Assembly (NCBI GenBank): GCA_030059665.1
Contig: JANVYR010000001.1
Location: forward strand, 96,001 to 160,000
Length of the DNA: 64,000 bases
Reading direction: 5' to 3'
Origin: Candidatus Calditenuis fumarioli
Lineage (GTDB): Archaea > Thermoproteota > Nitrososphaeria_A > Caldarchaeales > Calditenuaceae
Each line of letters begins with the position of its first letter. Within the stretch, counting starts at the first letter, position 1. The translations under genes were made by a program, and so were the position numbers. Under the pieces are notes generated by a model, which made no database searches, was not told the origin of the DNA, and saw only the letters and a list, made by a program, of their open reading frames with translations. Shown in pieces: positions 18,376 to 27,605 of this stretch.

Positions 18376-19911
18376 TCAGCAGGGCTCTATCGTGGCCGGA
18401 GGCTTGCTGCTTATCGCGTAGCAGACCATCGTGACCCCTGGCACCTCGTTCGTTATCCTGCGGGATATCCTGTCGAGGAGCTCGTGGGATGCCCTGAACC
18501 AGTCAGCGGTCATGCCGTCCTCGCTGGTTACTATGCGAACGACCACGATCCTACCGTGCTCCCTCTCGTCGCCCTTCACACCGACCCACCTGTCCTCGCC
18601 TACGACCGCGAAGGCCTGCCAGACGGAGTCGTAGAGGCCGGCGCGCTCGAGCTCCTCCTCGACGATCGCTGAGGCCGCGCGGCACACCTCGAGCTTCTCC
18701 TCGGTCACCTCACCGATCACCCTCACCGCCAGCCCCGGACCCGGGAACGGATGCCTCCTCACGATCCTCTCGGGGACGCCCAGCGCCCTCGCGACGACCC
18801 TCACCTCGTCCTTGTACAGGTCCCTTAGCGGTTCGATCAGGTCGAGCCCTAGGTCCCTCGGGAGACCTCCGACGTTGTGATGAGACTTGATCACGCTCGT
18901 GGCCGAGCCTGTCGCGCCGCTCTCCACCCGGTCGGGGTAGATGGTTCCCTGGGCGAGGTACCTGGCGTTGGGAACGGTCCGGGCCACCTCCTTGAAGACC
19001 TCAGCGAAGAGCCTTCCGATGACCTTCCTCTTCTCCTCCGGATCGACGACCCCCTTCAGCGCCTGAAGGAACCTGGACCTCGCGTCGACGAAGTGGACGT
19101 TCCTTATTCCGAGACCTTTCAGCGCCTCGAGCACCTCCTCCACCTCGCCCTTCCTCATCAGGCCGTGGTCGACGAAGACCACGTGCAGGTCGTCCCCCAC
19201 GACCCTGTGAAGGATCAGGGCCGTCGTGACCGAGTCGATTCCGCCGCTGACGCCGCAGATCACCGCCTCACCCGGTCTGACCGAGCGCCTGATCTCCTCC
19301 ATGATCTCCTGCACCCTGTCCACCGGGCTCCACCTCTCCCTGAGGCCCGCGGCCATCCGGAGGAAGTTCTCCAGGATCCTCGTTCCGTTCTCGGTGTGGC
19401 GCACCTCCGGGTGGAACTGGACCGAGTAGATCCCCCTGTCAGGGTCCTCCATCGCCGCTATCGCGCCCTTCTCCGAGACCGCCGTCACCCTGAAGCCCGG
19501 AGGGGGCTCGAGGACGACGTCGCCGTGGCTCATCCAGACCACCTGCCTTCGACCGAGTCCAGCGAAGAGCACCGACTCCCCCACCACCTCGACCTCGGTC
19601 CTCCCGTACTCCCTGAGGGCCGAGCGCTCGACGCGGCCTCCCATCAGCTTCGCGATCAGCTGGTGCCCGTAGCAGATGCCGAGGACCGGAAGGCCTGTTC
19701 TCAGCACCTCCTGATCTACGGTTGGAGCTCCTTCCTCGCTGACCGACTTGGGGCCTCCCGAGAGGACGAGGGCCGAGTAGTCCTTCAGGTTGACCTCCTT
19801 CAGCCTCGCGAAGTCCACGACCTCGGAGTAGACGCCCAGCTCCCTGCACCTCCTCGCGATCAGGTGGACGTACTGGCCGCCGAAGTCGACGATCAGCACC
19901 TTCTCCCTCAT
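18376..19911 (-). CDS. guaA: GMP synthase (fused glutamine amidotransferase + ATP-PPase)
   Basis: DFGGQY, GICYGHQ, QFHPE, SGGIDS, IKSHHNVGG, RHPFPGPGL, KPPATIE. Confidence 0.97.
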   Translation of the reverse strand: MREKVLIVDFGGQYVHLIARRCRELGVYSEVVDFARLKEVNLKDYSALVLSGGPKSVSEEGAPTVDQEVLRTGLPVLGICYGHQLIAKLMGGRVERSALREYGRTEVEVVGESVLFAGLGRRQVVWMSHGDVVLEPPPGFRVTAVSEKGAIAAMEDPDRGIYSVQFHPEVRHTENGTRILENFLRMAAGLRERWSPVDRVQEIMEEIRRSVRPGEAVICGVSGGIDSVTTALILHRVVGDDLHVVFVDHGLMRKGEVEEVLEALKGLGIRNVHFVDARSRFLQALKGVVDPEEKRKVIGRLFAEVFKEVARTVPNARYLAQGTIYPDRVESGATGSATSVIKSHHNVGGLPRDLGLDLIEPLRDLYKDEVRVVARALGVPERIVRRHPFPGPGLAVRVIGEVTEEKLEVCRAASAIVEEELERAGLYDSVWQAFAVVGEDRWVGVKGDEREHGRIVVVRIVTSEDGMTADWFRASHELLDRISRRITNEVPGVTMVCYAISSKPPATIEPC

Positions 19912-19960
19912 CCGGCACTGCTCTTTCTCCCCCGAGGAAATAAGGGAGACCTCGCGTTAA

Positions 19961-20048
19961 CGGGCCCGCCGGGACTCGAACCCGGGACCTCCGGCTCTCC
20001 CCATCAATTTAGAAGGCCGGCGCTCTGTCCAGGCTGAGCTACGGGCCC
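19961..20048 (-). tRNA. tRNA-Arg(TCT) with a 13-nt intron at 37/38 (19997-20009); CCA not encoded
   Basis: Cloverleaf: acceptor GGGCCCG/CGGGCCC, D-arm GCTC/GAGC, anticodon stem CCGGC/GCCGG with loop CTTCTA[intron]A, T-loop GTTCGAG. Confidence 0.95.
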
Positions 20049-20142
20049 CACTGCCGTGAATCCGAGCCACGTATTGTCCTTTTGGTTCAGGTCGGCACGG
20101 CGCGACACCTTGATCCGTTGGCTGGCGAACCTCGAAATCGGG

Positions 20143-20658
20143 ATGCCCGGAAAATTCAACCTCATCGCCACGACCCTCAGGGGCCAGGAGCCGCTCGGCG
20201 TCGCGAGCCTCACCAGCATCCTCTCGGAGCTGAACGATCCTGACCCGAAGGTGGAGATCACGGAGATACACGGCGTCATCACCGCGCATACCTCGCTCGA
20301 CCCGTTCCACGTGATAGAGAGGATCAGGGAGATGGCGACGCGCGAGCCCTGGAAGGTCTCGGGGCTGATGAGGGTGATACCTGTAGAGCGGGTGGTGGAG
20401 ACCAAGCTCGAGAGGATAGCGGAGGCCGCGGAGTCCCTGAAGGGCAGGATACCTCCGGAGGCGACCTACAAAGTGGTGGTGGAGAAGAGGCACACCCAGC
20501 TCTCGAGCAGGGAGATCATCGAGGCGGTGGCGTCCAAGATCGACCGGAAGGTGAACCTCGAGAGGCCCGACTGGATCGTCCTGATCGAGGTCCTCGGAGG
20601 GCTGACGGGCGTCTCGGTCCTGAAGCCCGATCAGGTCCTGAGCTTGGTCAAGGTCTAA
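20143..20658 (+). CDS. THUMP domain RNA-binding protein
   Basis: TYKVVVEKRH, KVNLERPDWIVLIEVLG; start re-set to ATG 20143. Confidence 0.88.
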   Translation: MPGKFNLIATTLRGQEPLGVASLTSILSELNDPDPKVEITEIHGVITAHTSLDPFHVIERIREMATREPWKVSGLMRVIPVERVVETKLERIAEAAESLKGRIPPEATYKVVVEKRHTQLSSREIIEAVASKIDRKVNLERPDWIVLIEVLGGLTGVSVLKPDQVLSLVKV

Positions 20659-21553
20659 CCTCAGACACCGAGATTTTCCTGGAGAGCTCGGACGCGGCCC
20701 TCCTGATCGCATCGCCGTCGAGCGCCCTCGGACCGGCGTGCCTGACCCGCTGATCGACCGCAGCGAGCCCGAGAGCGGTTGCGTACACCAGATCTCCCGT
20801 CTCCATCAGCCCCACCAGCAGGGCCCCTCCGAAGACGTCGCCGGCGCCGACGGTGTCCACCGCCTCGACCTCGGTCCTACCCCTCACCAGCCTCAATCCG
20901 TCGGAGACGAAGGATCCCCTCGAGCCAGCGGTGACCGCGACGATCCTGCCGGTCGAGAGGGCCAGACGGACGGCGGCCTGTGACGGTTCGGCGTAACCGA
21001 GCGCAGCGGTCTCCTCCAGCGCCAGCCTTAGCACGGACACCGAACCAAAGGTCTCCAGGTCCAACGACCCGACCTCCAGCCTGACGTTCCCGTCCTCATC
21101 GAAAGCCCTCATCAGCCCCTGAGGGTCGAGGGCAGTCCACCGGTAAAGCCGTGATGTAACCGCTATGTCCTCGGGCCTCAGCTCTCCCGCCACGGGCCCG
21201 TAGTACATCGCGTCGAGCTCCAACGTCAGGTCCTCCGCCCGTACGTCAGGTGCCCTCGCGAGCAACCTCAACCTCCTTCCGCCCTCGGGGAGCTGTACGA
21301 TCTCGTAGCGCGTCGTTTTCGCGCCTCTGACGACCCTGACCCGTTCGACCGAGACGCCGAGCCCTCTCAGCCTCTCAAGCGCCGCGAGTCCGTCGTCGCC
21401 TATGACCGAGATCGCCAGCGCGGTGTGACCGAGCGAGGCCACCGTGAGGCCGGCGTAGGTGGGAACCCCTCCGACCGACTCGTAGCTGAGCCTCCGTCCG
21501 GTGACGCGGTCGATCACCACGTGCCCCGCTATGCCGACCCTGAACCTTCTCAA
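20648..21553 (-). CDS. PfkB family carbohydrate kinase
   Basis: GGVPTY and the C-terminal DTVGAGDVFGG signature. Confidence 0.9.
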   Translation of the reverse strand: MRRFRVGIAGHVVIDRVTGRRLSYESVGGVPTYAGLTVASLGHTALAISVIGDDGLAALERLRGLGVSVERVRVVRGAKTTRYEIVQLPEGGRRLRLLARAPDVRAEDLTLELDAMYYGPVAGELRPEDIAVTSRLYRWTALDPQGLMRAFDEDGNVRLEVGSLDLETFGSVSVLRLALEETAALGYAEPSQAAVRLALSTGRIVAVTAGSRGSFVSDGLRLVRGRTEVEAVDTVGAGDVFGGALLVGLMETGDLVYATALGLAAVDQRVRHAGPRALDGDAIRRAASELSRKISVSEVRP

Positions 21554-21744
21554 CGGTCCTCACGCCCCCGGCAGGGAGTCGGCTAAGCCTACCGGACCTC
21601 TCCCTATATCTCCGCTTGGCACCTCAGAACCGCTGCGACCGGGTTCGTTTCTGCGGATCTTCTGGTCCCATCCCACCGCCGAGAGCTGGGCCGTTTGAGG
21701 AGGGGATTACCACCAGGACCGGTGCCTGACGTCGCGGAGATCCG

Positions 21745-21896
21745 CTTCTGTTGCTTAATTAGCTTTTATAAGAATGCTTAACTGCGATGAAGCAAGTCCG
21801 TCTGCTCTTTATATACCCACTTGCAAAAACGGGGGCAGGCGGAGGTGAGCTGAAAATATCCTAAAATTAAGGCGAGATTCCCGGAAATTGGGGTCG
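21745..21896 (+). promoter_or_regulatory. CRISPR leader
   Basis: AT-rich non-coding tract with TTTTATAA and TTTATATA boxes, immediately before repeat 1 and opposite the degenerate terminal repeat. Confidence 0.75.
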
Positions 21897-22636
21897 GAAT
21901 CTCGCGAAGAGAGTTGAAAGTGATTATCTGAGCGATCTCAAAGCAAGTGCCGCATCCCTCAGAATCTCGCGAAGAGAGTTGAAAGATTAGATATGTGCCA
22001 GCGCCGAGCGCCAAGCTCTTTAGCCAAGTTTCGAATCTCGCGAAGAGAGTTGAAAGTGGCGAACAGTAGATGGGCCGCCCCGCCGAATACCTCCGAATCT
22101 CGCGAAGAGAGTTGAAAGTTGGAGAAGTAATGTGCTTCCGGGAACTCCAGAAGCGAATCTCGCGAAGAGAGTTGAAAGGCTCACATCTACTGCCACGACC
22201 ATCCTCCGCCGAGTGAATATGAATCTCGCGAAGAGAGTTGAAAGCAAAGTTACCGTATAAGCCGCTTCATACCTCCCCAACCACATGAATCTCGCGAAGA
22301 GAGTTGAAAGCACGTAGGAGCCGCACCGTTTCCGAGCACCATCGTGTTAGAATCTCGCGAAGAGAGTTGAAAGCATGCGCACGTCTCCTCATATCCTACT
22401 ATATAGCCTGAATCTCGCGAAGAGAGTTGAAAGAGACATATTCCCTTGAGGTTTACAACGGCTCGGGAGCGACATTCAATATATTTGGCGAGAATCTCGC
22501 GAAGAGAGTTGAAAGCAGATCGACCGGATTTGCTCCTCCGTATAGTCCGGCGAATCTCGCGAAGAGAGTTGAAAGCTTATACCCACGCCTCTTCAGCTCC
22601 TCCTCAAAGTCCGAATCTCGCGAAGAGGGTTGAAAG
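21897..22636 (+). CRISPR. CRISPR array, 12 repeats GAATCTCGCGAAGAGAGTTGAAAG (24 nt) and 11 spacers
   Basis: Repeats start at 21897, 21962, 22033, 22095, 22155, 22221, 22287, 22350, 22410, 22492, 22552 and 22613; the last has one A>G change. Spacer lengths are 41, 47, 38, 36, 42, 42, 39, 36, 58, 36, 37. Confidence 0.98.
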
Positions 22637-22674
22637 TTAAAAGCGATTCCCGGTGGCTGAAGGCGGTGTGCGGA

Positions 22675-23919
22675 GTGGGCCATCCTCACCTGAAGGAGAT
22701 AACCGGCAGCCATGGCGACGAGCTGAGGGGGAAGAGGATCGCGCTCTGCGTAGCGGCCAGCGCATCAATCTACAGGGCACCTGAGCTCGCGAGGCTGCTG
22801 ATGAGGCACGGAGCCGACGTGGTACCGGTGATGACGCCCGAGGCCGCGAACCTCCTGAGCCCGGAGCTGATGAGGTGGGCCACTGGGAACGACCCGCTGG
22901 TGGAGGTGACCGGCCGGATCGAGTACGTCGAGCTCACGGAGGGAGAGGGGAAGGTCGACGCGGTCGTCGTGGCTCCGATGACGCAGAACGTCGCGGCGAA
23001 GATCGCCAACGGGTTATCGGACGATTCGGTGTCCCTTCTGGTCTCCTGCGCGCTCGGGAACGGGATCCCCGTGGTGGCTGCGCCGGCGATGCACGCCTCG
23101 ATGCACTCCTCCCCGGTCGTGAGGGAGCTTCTGGAGAGGTTGAGGTCGTACGGCGTCACGCTCGTGGGGCCCCTGCTCGAGGAGGGGAAGGCGAAGCTCG
23201 CCCCGCTCGAGGACGTCCTGGACGCGGTCGTTTATGCGACGTGGCCGAAGAGGCTGCAGGGTAGGAGGTTCGTTGTGACCGCCGGACCCACCAGAGAGAG
23301 GATCGACATGGTCCGGTTCATCACCAATCCCTCCAGCGGCAAGATGGGCTTCGAGGTCGCGCGGGTCCTCAGGGCCCTCGGTGGCGACGTGACGCTCGTC
23401 CACGGCCCGGTCAGCATCAGGCCTCCCTGGGACGTGAGGGCAGTCAACGTCGAGTCGGCGAGGGAGATGCTCGAGGCGGTGCTGAAAGCCTCCGAAGGGT
23501 CAGACGGGTTGTTCGCGGCGGCAGCGGTCGCTGACTACGAGCCCTCAGAGCCCCACCCGGGCAAGATCGAGAGCAGGAAACACCCGGTGCTCCAGCTGAC
23601 GCTCCGCGCGACGCCGAAGGTGGTCGAGGAGGTCAGGAGGGCCTACCCGGACCTGGACCTGGTAGTCTTCAAGGCCTCCTACGGGCCCGTCGAGGACCCC
23701 GCATCGGTCATCGGAGATTACGCGCACCTCAACCCCGTGATCGTCGCTGTGAACGACGTCTCCCGCGGAGGGATCGGCTTCGGGGCTGAGGAGAACGAGC
23801 TGCTGGCGATCACCCGTTCAGGTCTGGTGAAACGCATAGGGCCCGCGAGGAAGTCGAGGGTAGCGAGGGAGCTGGTGGAGCTTTACCTCGAGGAGGGGTC
23901 TCGGGGCGGACGGGGATGA
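22675..23919 (+). CDS. coaBC: Phosphopantothenoylcysteine decarboxylase/ligase
   Basis: APAMH, TAGPTRE.ID.VRFITNPSSGKMG, AAAVADY. The ORF-track start inside the repeat is probably an artefact; GTG 22675 preferred. Confidence 0.93.
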   Translation: MGHPHLKEITGSHGDELRGKRIALCVAASASIYRAPELARLLMRHGADVVPVMTPEAANLLSPELMRWATGNDPLVEVTGRIEYVELTEGEGKVDAVVVAPMTQNVAAKIANGLSDDSVSLLVSCALGNGIPVVAAPAMHASMHSSPVVRELLERLRSYGVTLVGPLLEEGKAKLAPLEDVLDAVVYATWPKRLQGRRFVVTAGPTRERIDMVRFITNPSSGKMGFEVARVLRALGGDVTLVHGPVSIRPPWDVRAVNVESAREMLEAVLKASEGSDGLFAAAAVADYEPSEPHPGKIESRKHPVLQLTLRATPKVVEEVRRAYPDLDLVVFKASYGPVEDPASVIGDYAHLNPVIVAVNDVSRGGIGFGAEENELLAITRSGLVKRIGPARKSRVARELVELYLEEGSRGGRG

Positions 23920-24245
23920 CCTGCTACGCCGTCGAGCTCTTCGTCCAGGGCAGGGGCTGGAGGCCGTGGCGCGAGGTCACGGGAGAGGACGCGCTGTTCC
24001 CGACGGAGCAGGAGGCGATGGACGCGGCCGCGTCGCTGATCGTCACGGCGATCTCGTCCTCCGGGCACCCCTACGGCTCGAGGGAGGGAGACGTGGTCGG
24101 CTTCAGGGTCAGGCCAGCCGGAGACGTCGGCTGCGACCGGACCGCTTCCACCCCAAGGACCGTCAAGTTCGGGGACGTCTCCCACAGGTTCTTCCGGAGG
24201 GGTGATGCGTACGTCCTCTATAAGACCTGGTCCTGGCCCGACTGA
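23916..24245 (+). CDS. Hypothetical protein (109 aa)
   Basis: ATGA start/stop overlap with coaBC; fills the gap before the ROK kinase. Confidence 0.6.
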   Translation: MTCYAVELFVQGRGWRPWREVTGEDALFPTEQEAMDAAASLIVTAISSSGHPYGSREGDVVGFRVRPAGDVGCDRTASTPRTVKFGDVSHRFFRRGDAYVLYKTWSWPD

Positions 24246-25224
24246 GGGGAGGGAAACGGTCCTCGCGGTCGACATCGGTGCCAGCAGGATCAGGGCGGCC
24301 CTCGTCGACCCGTCCGACCTCGGGGTGATGGCCATCACGGAGACGCCCACCCCCCAGTCTCCGGACCCGGAGGCGATACCCAGGGCGCTGGTCAGGCTGG
24401 TCAGGGAGGGTCTCCGCGTCGAAGGGGTGAGGAGAGCCGGGATCGCGTCGATAGGCCCGATCGATTCGAGGAGGGGCGTGATAGAGCTGGCTCCCAACGT
24501 CGCCGGCAGGCCCAGGTCCATCCGGGTGGCCGAGGCGCTCTGGGACGAGCTCGGGATCACAGAGGTCTACATGGCCAACGACTGCAACGCGGCGGCCTAC
24601 GCCGAGCACTTCGCGAGGTCTGGGGAGGAAACGGGCGACCTGCTCTACGTCACGGTGAGCACCGGGATAGGCGGTGGCGCGGTCCTCGAGGGGAGGCCGG
24701 TCCTCGGCCGGAAGGGGAACGCGGCGGAGATCGGCCACTCGGTCATAGACCCCTCAGGTTACATGGGTTGCGGTTGCGGCGGTGCGGGCCACTGGGAGGC
24801 CTACTGCTCCGGAAGGAACATACCGCGTTTCGCGAGGAGGCTCGCCGAGGACGGCGAGTTGCCGAGGGATAGCGCGCTCTACCGGCTCGTCGCGGACGGC
24901 GATTTCGAATCCCGGGAGGTCTTTGAGGTCTACCGGAAAGGCGACGAAGCCTCAAGGCCCTTCTTCTCAAGGCTGGCTGTGCTGATGGCCGCAGGGCTCT
25001 CGACCGCGATCAACCTCTTCTCGCCGGACCTCGTGGTGCTCGGGGGTGCGGTCTTCCTGAGGAACGAGGACTTCTTCGCATCAGAGGTCCTTCCGAGGCT
25101 GAGGGGTTTCCTGATGCTCCGGGAGCCGAGGATCGAGAGGCCCCGCTTCGGCGAGCTGTCTCCCCTGATGGGTGCCGCCCTCCTGGCGATGCACAGGGTC
25201 GAGTCGGCTCTGGTGAAGCTTTGA
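24202..25224 (+). CDS. ROK family sugar kinase (glucokinase-like)
   Basis: AVDIGAS, NDCNAAA, STGIGGG, AEIGH, CGCGGAGHWEAY. Start uncertain. Confidence 0.92.
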   Translation: MMRTSSIRPGPGPTEGRETVLAVDIGASRIRAALVDPSDLGVMAITETPTPQSPDPEAIPRALVRLVREGLRVEGVRRAGIASIGPIDSRRGVIELAPNVAGRPRSIRVAEALWDELGITEVYMANDCNAAAYAEHFARSGEETGDLLYVTVSTGIGGGAVLEGRPVLGRKGNAAEIGHSVIDPSGYMGCGCGGAGHWEAYCSGRNIPRFARRLAEDGELPRDSALYRLVADGDFESREVFEVYRKGDEASRPFFSRLAVLMAAGLSTAINLFSPDLVVLGGAVFLRNEDFFASEVLPRLRGFLMLREPRIERPRFGELSPLMGAALLAMHRVESALVKL

Positions 25225-25283
25225 GCAGCCACCTCCCCTCCCTCACGATAGCTCTATTTCGGCCACAGTAGCGTTCGGTCCCG

Positions 25284-27098
25284 GTGAGCTCCCAGGGCAA
25301 CGCCAGGAAGGTGATAGTCCCAGACACGAGCGTCCTGATCAACCGGACCCTCAGCAGGATGATCGAGTCCGGAGAGCTGCAGGACGCGGAGGTCGTGATA
25401 CCGATACCGGCGCTCGACGAGCTCCAGGCGCAGGCCTCCAGGGGGAGGACCGAGGGGAAGGTCGGGCTGGAGGAGATCAAGAGGATCAGGGAGCTCGGCG
25501 CCGGAAGGAACGTCACGGTGAGGTTCTCCGGTGAGCGGCCGACGCTGGAGGAGATCAAGCTCGCGAGAGGTGGAAGGATAGACGCGCTGATCAGGGACGT
25601 GGCGAAGAGGGAGGGCGCGGTCCTATACACGTCCGACTACGTCCAAGCGCTGGTGGCGGAGGCCGAGGGCGTACCGGCCGTCTACGTCCCGAGACCGGAG
25701 GAACCCCTCAGGCTCTCGATCGAGGAGATGCTGACGCCAGACACGCTGAGCCTCCACCTCAAGGCGGGAGCCCCTCCGATGGCGAAGAGGGGTAGACCTG
25801 GAGCGATGAGGCTCGTCAGGCTGAGGGACGATCCAATCACGGAGGAGGAGGTCCAGCGCCTGATAGACGAGCTGCTCTGGGCCCTCAGGAGCTCCAAAGA
25901 AGGAAACGTCGAGATCGTGAGGTCGGGTGCGATGGTGGCTCAGCTGGGAGACCTCCGCATCGCCATCGCGAGGCCTCCCTTCAGCGACGGCCTTGAGCTG
26001 ACGGTCGTGAGGCCGATCGTCAGGATGTCCCTTCAGGACTACGGGCTGAGCCAGAGGCTGATGGACCGTTTGACGAACAGGGCTGAGGGCATCCTCATCG
26101 CCGGCCCACCGGGTTCCGGCAAGACGACCTTCGCCTCCAGCCTGGCCGAGTACTACGCGAGCCTCGGTCGGGTCGTGAAGACGCTCGAGTCCCCGAGGGA
26201 CCTGCAGGTGGGACCGCACATCACGCAGTACGGTCCGCTCGAGGGCGACTTCGAGAAGACGCTGGAGATCCTGCTGCTGGTACGACCGGACTACACCATC
26301 TTCGACGAGATGAGGAGGCCGAAGGACTTCCAGGTGTACATCGACCTGAGGCTCGCGGGCGTCGGGATGGTGGGCGTGATCCACGCGAGCGACCCGATAG
26401 ACGCGATACAGAGGTTCCTGGACAAAACGGAGCTGGGGATGCTGCCGCACATCGTCGACACGGTGATCTTCCTCAAGGACGGAGCCGTCCAGAAGGTCTA
26501 CGAGCTCTCTTTGACGGTGAGGCTGCCGACGGGGATGAAGAACGAGGACCTCGTCAGGCCGGTGGTGGAGGTGAGGGACTTCGAGACCGGTGAGCTCGAG
26601 TACGAGATCTACACCTACGGAGAGGAGCGGGTCGTCGTCGCGGTGGGGAAGGGAACGTTGAAGGAGGTGGGGGATCGGGTCTCGGCGCTTTTCAGGGCCC
26701 GGGGACTGCAGGCCCCTTCGCTCGAGTACTCCCCGGATGGCACGATCGCGGTTCTTGTCGACAGGGCGGAGTTCGAGCGGCTTCCGCGGGACCTCGTCAG
26801 GCAGGTGAAGGACCTCGGACGGAGGTTCGGGGTCAGGTTGAGGCTGAGGCCGGTGCCCCCGTCGCTGGGGAGGGAGCTGGACTTCTCCTTGACCGAGTCG
26901 GGCAACTCGATCGTCTTCCAGCTGAGGGGCGTCCAGACCGGGAAGCAGGTGACGGTTTACCTCGACGACGAGTACGTGGTGACCCTCACGGTCGGCAAGA
27001 ACGGGAGGGTTAGAGTGGCGAAGGACTCGGACGCTGGCAAGGCACTTCTGGCGGGCCTCGCTGAGGGACGGAGGGTCAGGTTCTTCGCGGCAGATTAG
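25284..27098 (+). CDS. PINA: PIN domain + P-loop ATPase + KH-like C-terminus
   Basis: PDTS PIN start, GPPGSGKT, RPDYTIFDEMR, GMVGVIHA, RPVVEVRDF. Confidence 0.9.
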   Translation: MSSQGNARKVIVPDTSVLINRTLSRMIESGELQDAEVVIPIPALDELQAQASRGRTEGKVGLEEIKRIRELGAGRNVTVRFSGERPTLEEIKLARGGRIDALIRDVAKREGAVLYTSDYVQALVAEAEGVPAVYVPRPEEPLRLSIEEMLTPDTLSLHLKAGAPPMAKRGRPGAMRLVRLRDDPITEEEVQRLIDELLWALRSSKEGNVEIVRSGAMVAQLGDLRIAIARPPFSDGLELTVVRPIVRMSLQDYGLSQRLMDRLTNRAEGILIAGPPGSGKTTFASSLAEYYASLGRVVKTLESPRDLQVGPHITQYGPLEGDFEKTLEILLLVRPDYTIFDEMRRPKDFQVYIDLRLAGVGMVGVIHASDPIDAIQRFLDKTELGMLPHIVDTVIFLKDGAVQKVYELSLTVRLPTGMKNEDLVRPVVEVRDFETGELEYEIYTYGEERVVVAVGKGTLKEVGDRVSALFRARGLQAPSLEYSPDGTIAVLVDRAEFERLPRDLVRQVKDLGRRFGVRLRLRPVPPSLGRELDFSLTESGNSIVFQLRGVQTGKQVTVYLDDEYVVTLTVGKNGRVRVAKDSDAGKALLAGLAEGRRVRFFAAD

Positions 27099-27545
27099 TC
27101 ACGCCTCGACGAACTTCTGACCGGACTCCTTGAGCCTCTGCCTGACGAGCTTGTAGCGCGTGACCCGGTACTCGTCGTAAGCCGCCAGGGCCGCCGAGGC
27201 TGCGGGCACCAACGCCAGCGGAGGCCCGAGCAGCAGCGCCAGCAGGGTCGAGGATGCCACGCCTACGACGTGCCCGACACGTGACCTCGTCAGAACTAAG
27301 ACCGCGCCGACGAGGGAGGGCGCGAGGGCGACGGCCGGGTTGACGGATGACGTGAGGAGGAGGTAGATGCCCGAGGAGAGCAGGATGAGGGCCGAGGCGT
27401 AGGCGTAGACTGGTGACGGGCTTCGGACGACCTCCTCCACCGGGACGAGCGTGTAGTGCCTTCCGCACGAGGGACACACGGCCTTCCATGCCTGGAGCCT
27501 GAACTCCCTCTCGCAGTCGGTGCACCTGAAGAGCCTGGTCTCCAA
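27099..27545 (-). CDS. Zinc-ribbon membrane protein, hypothetical
   Basis: CxxC-x10-CxxC N-terminus followed by 3-4 hydrophobic segments. Confidence 0.65.
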   Translation of the reverse strand: METRLFRCTDCEREFRLQAWKAVCPSCGRHYTLVPVEEVVRSPSPVYAYASALILLSSGIYLLLTSSVNPAVALAPSLVGAVLVLTRSRVGHVVGVASSTLLALLLGPPLALVPAASAALAAYDEYRVTRYKLVRQRLKESGQKFVEA

Positions 27546-27605
27546 CCCACTCCTTGAATTCCCTGCCCTCTCTTGAACGTATGCCGTCGGCGCGGTTCCG
27601 CTCGT

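Noticed and set aside
19961-20048. tRNA-Arg as an integration site for a mobile element
   Set aside because: No integrase, no duplicated tRNA 3' end and no compositional shift nearby.
20004-20405. 133-aa minus-strand ORF, and the N-terminal extension of 20056..20658
   Set aside because: The first overlaps the tRNA-Arg and is antisense to the THUMP gene (a shadow ORF). The extension precedes the better ATG at 20143.
21778-22713. ORFs 21778..22014, 22020..22313, 22427..22633, 22446..22640 and 22453..22713 with repeated LSTLFARF or NLAKRVES peptides
   Set aside because: These are translations of the CRISPR repeats, not genes.
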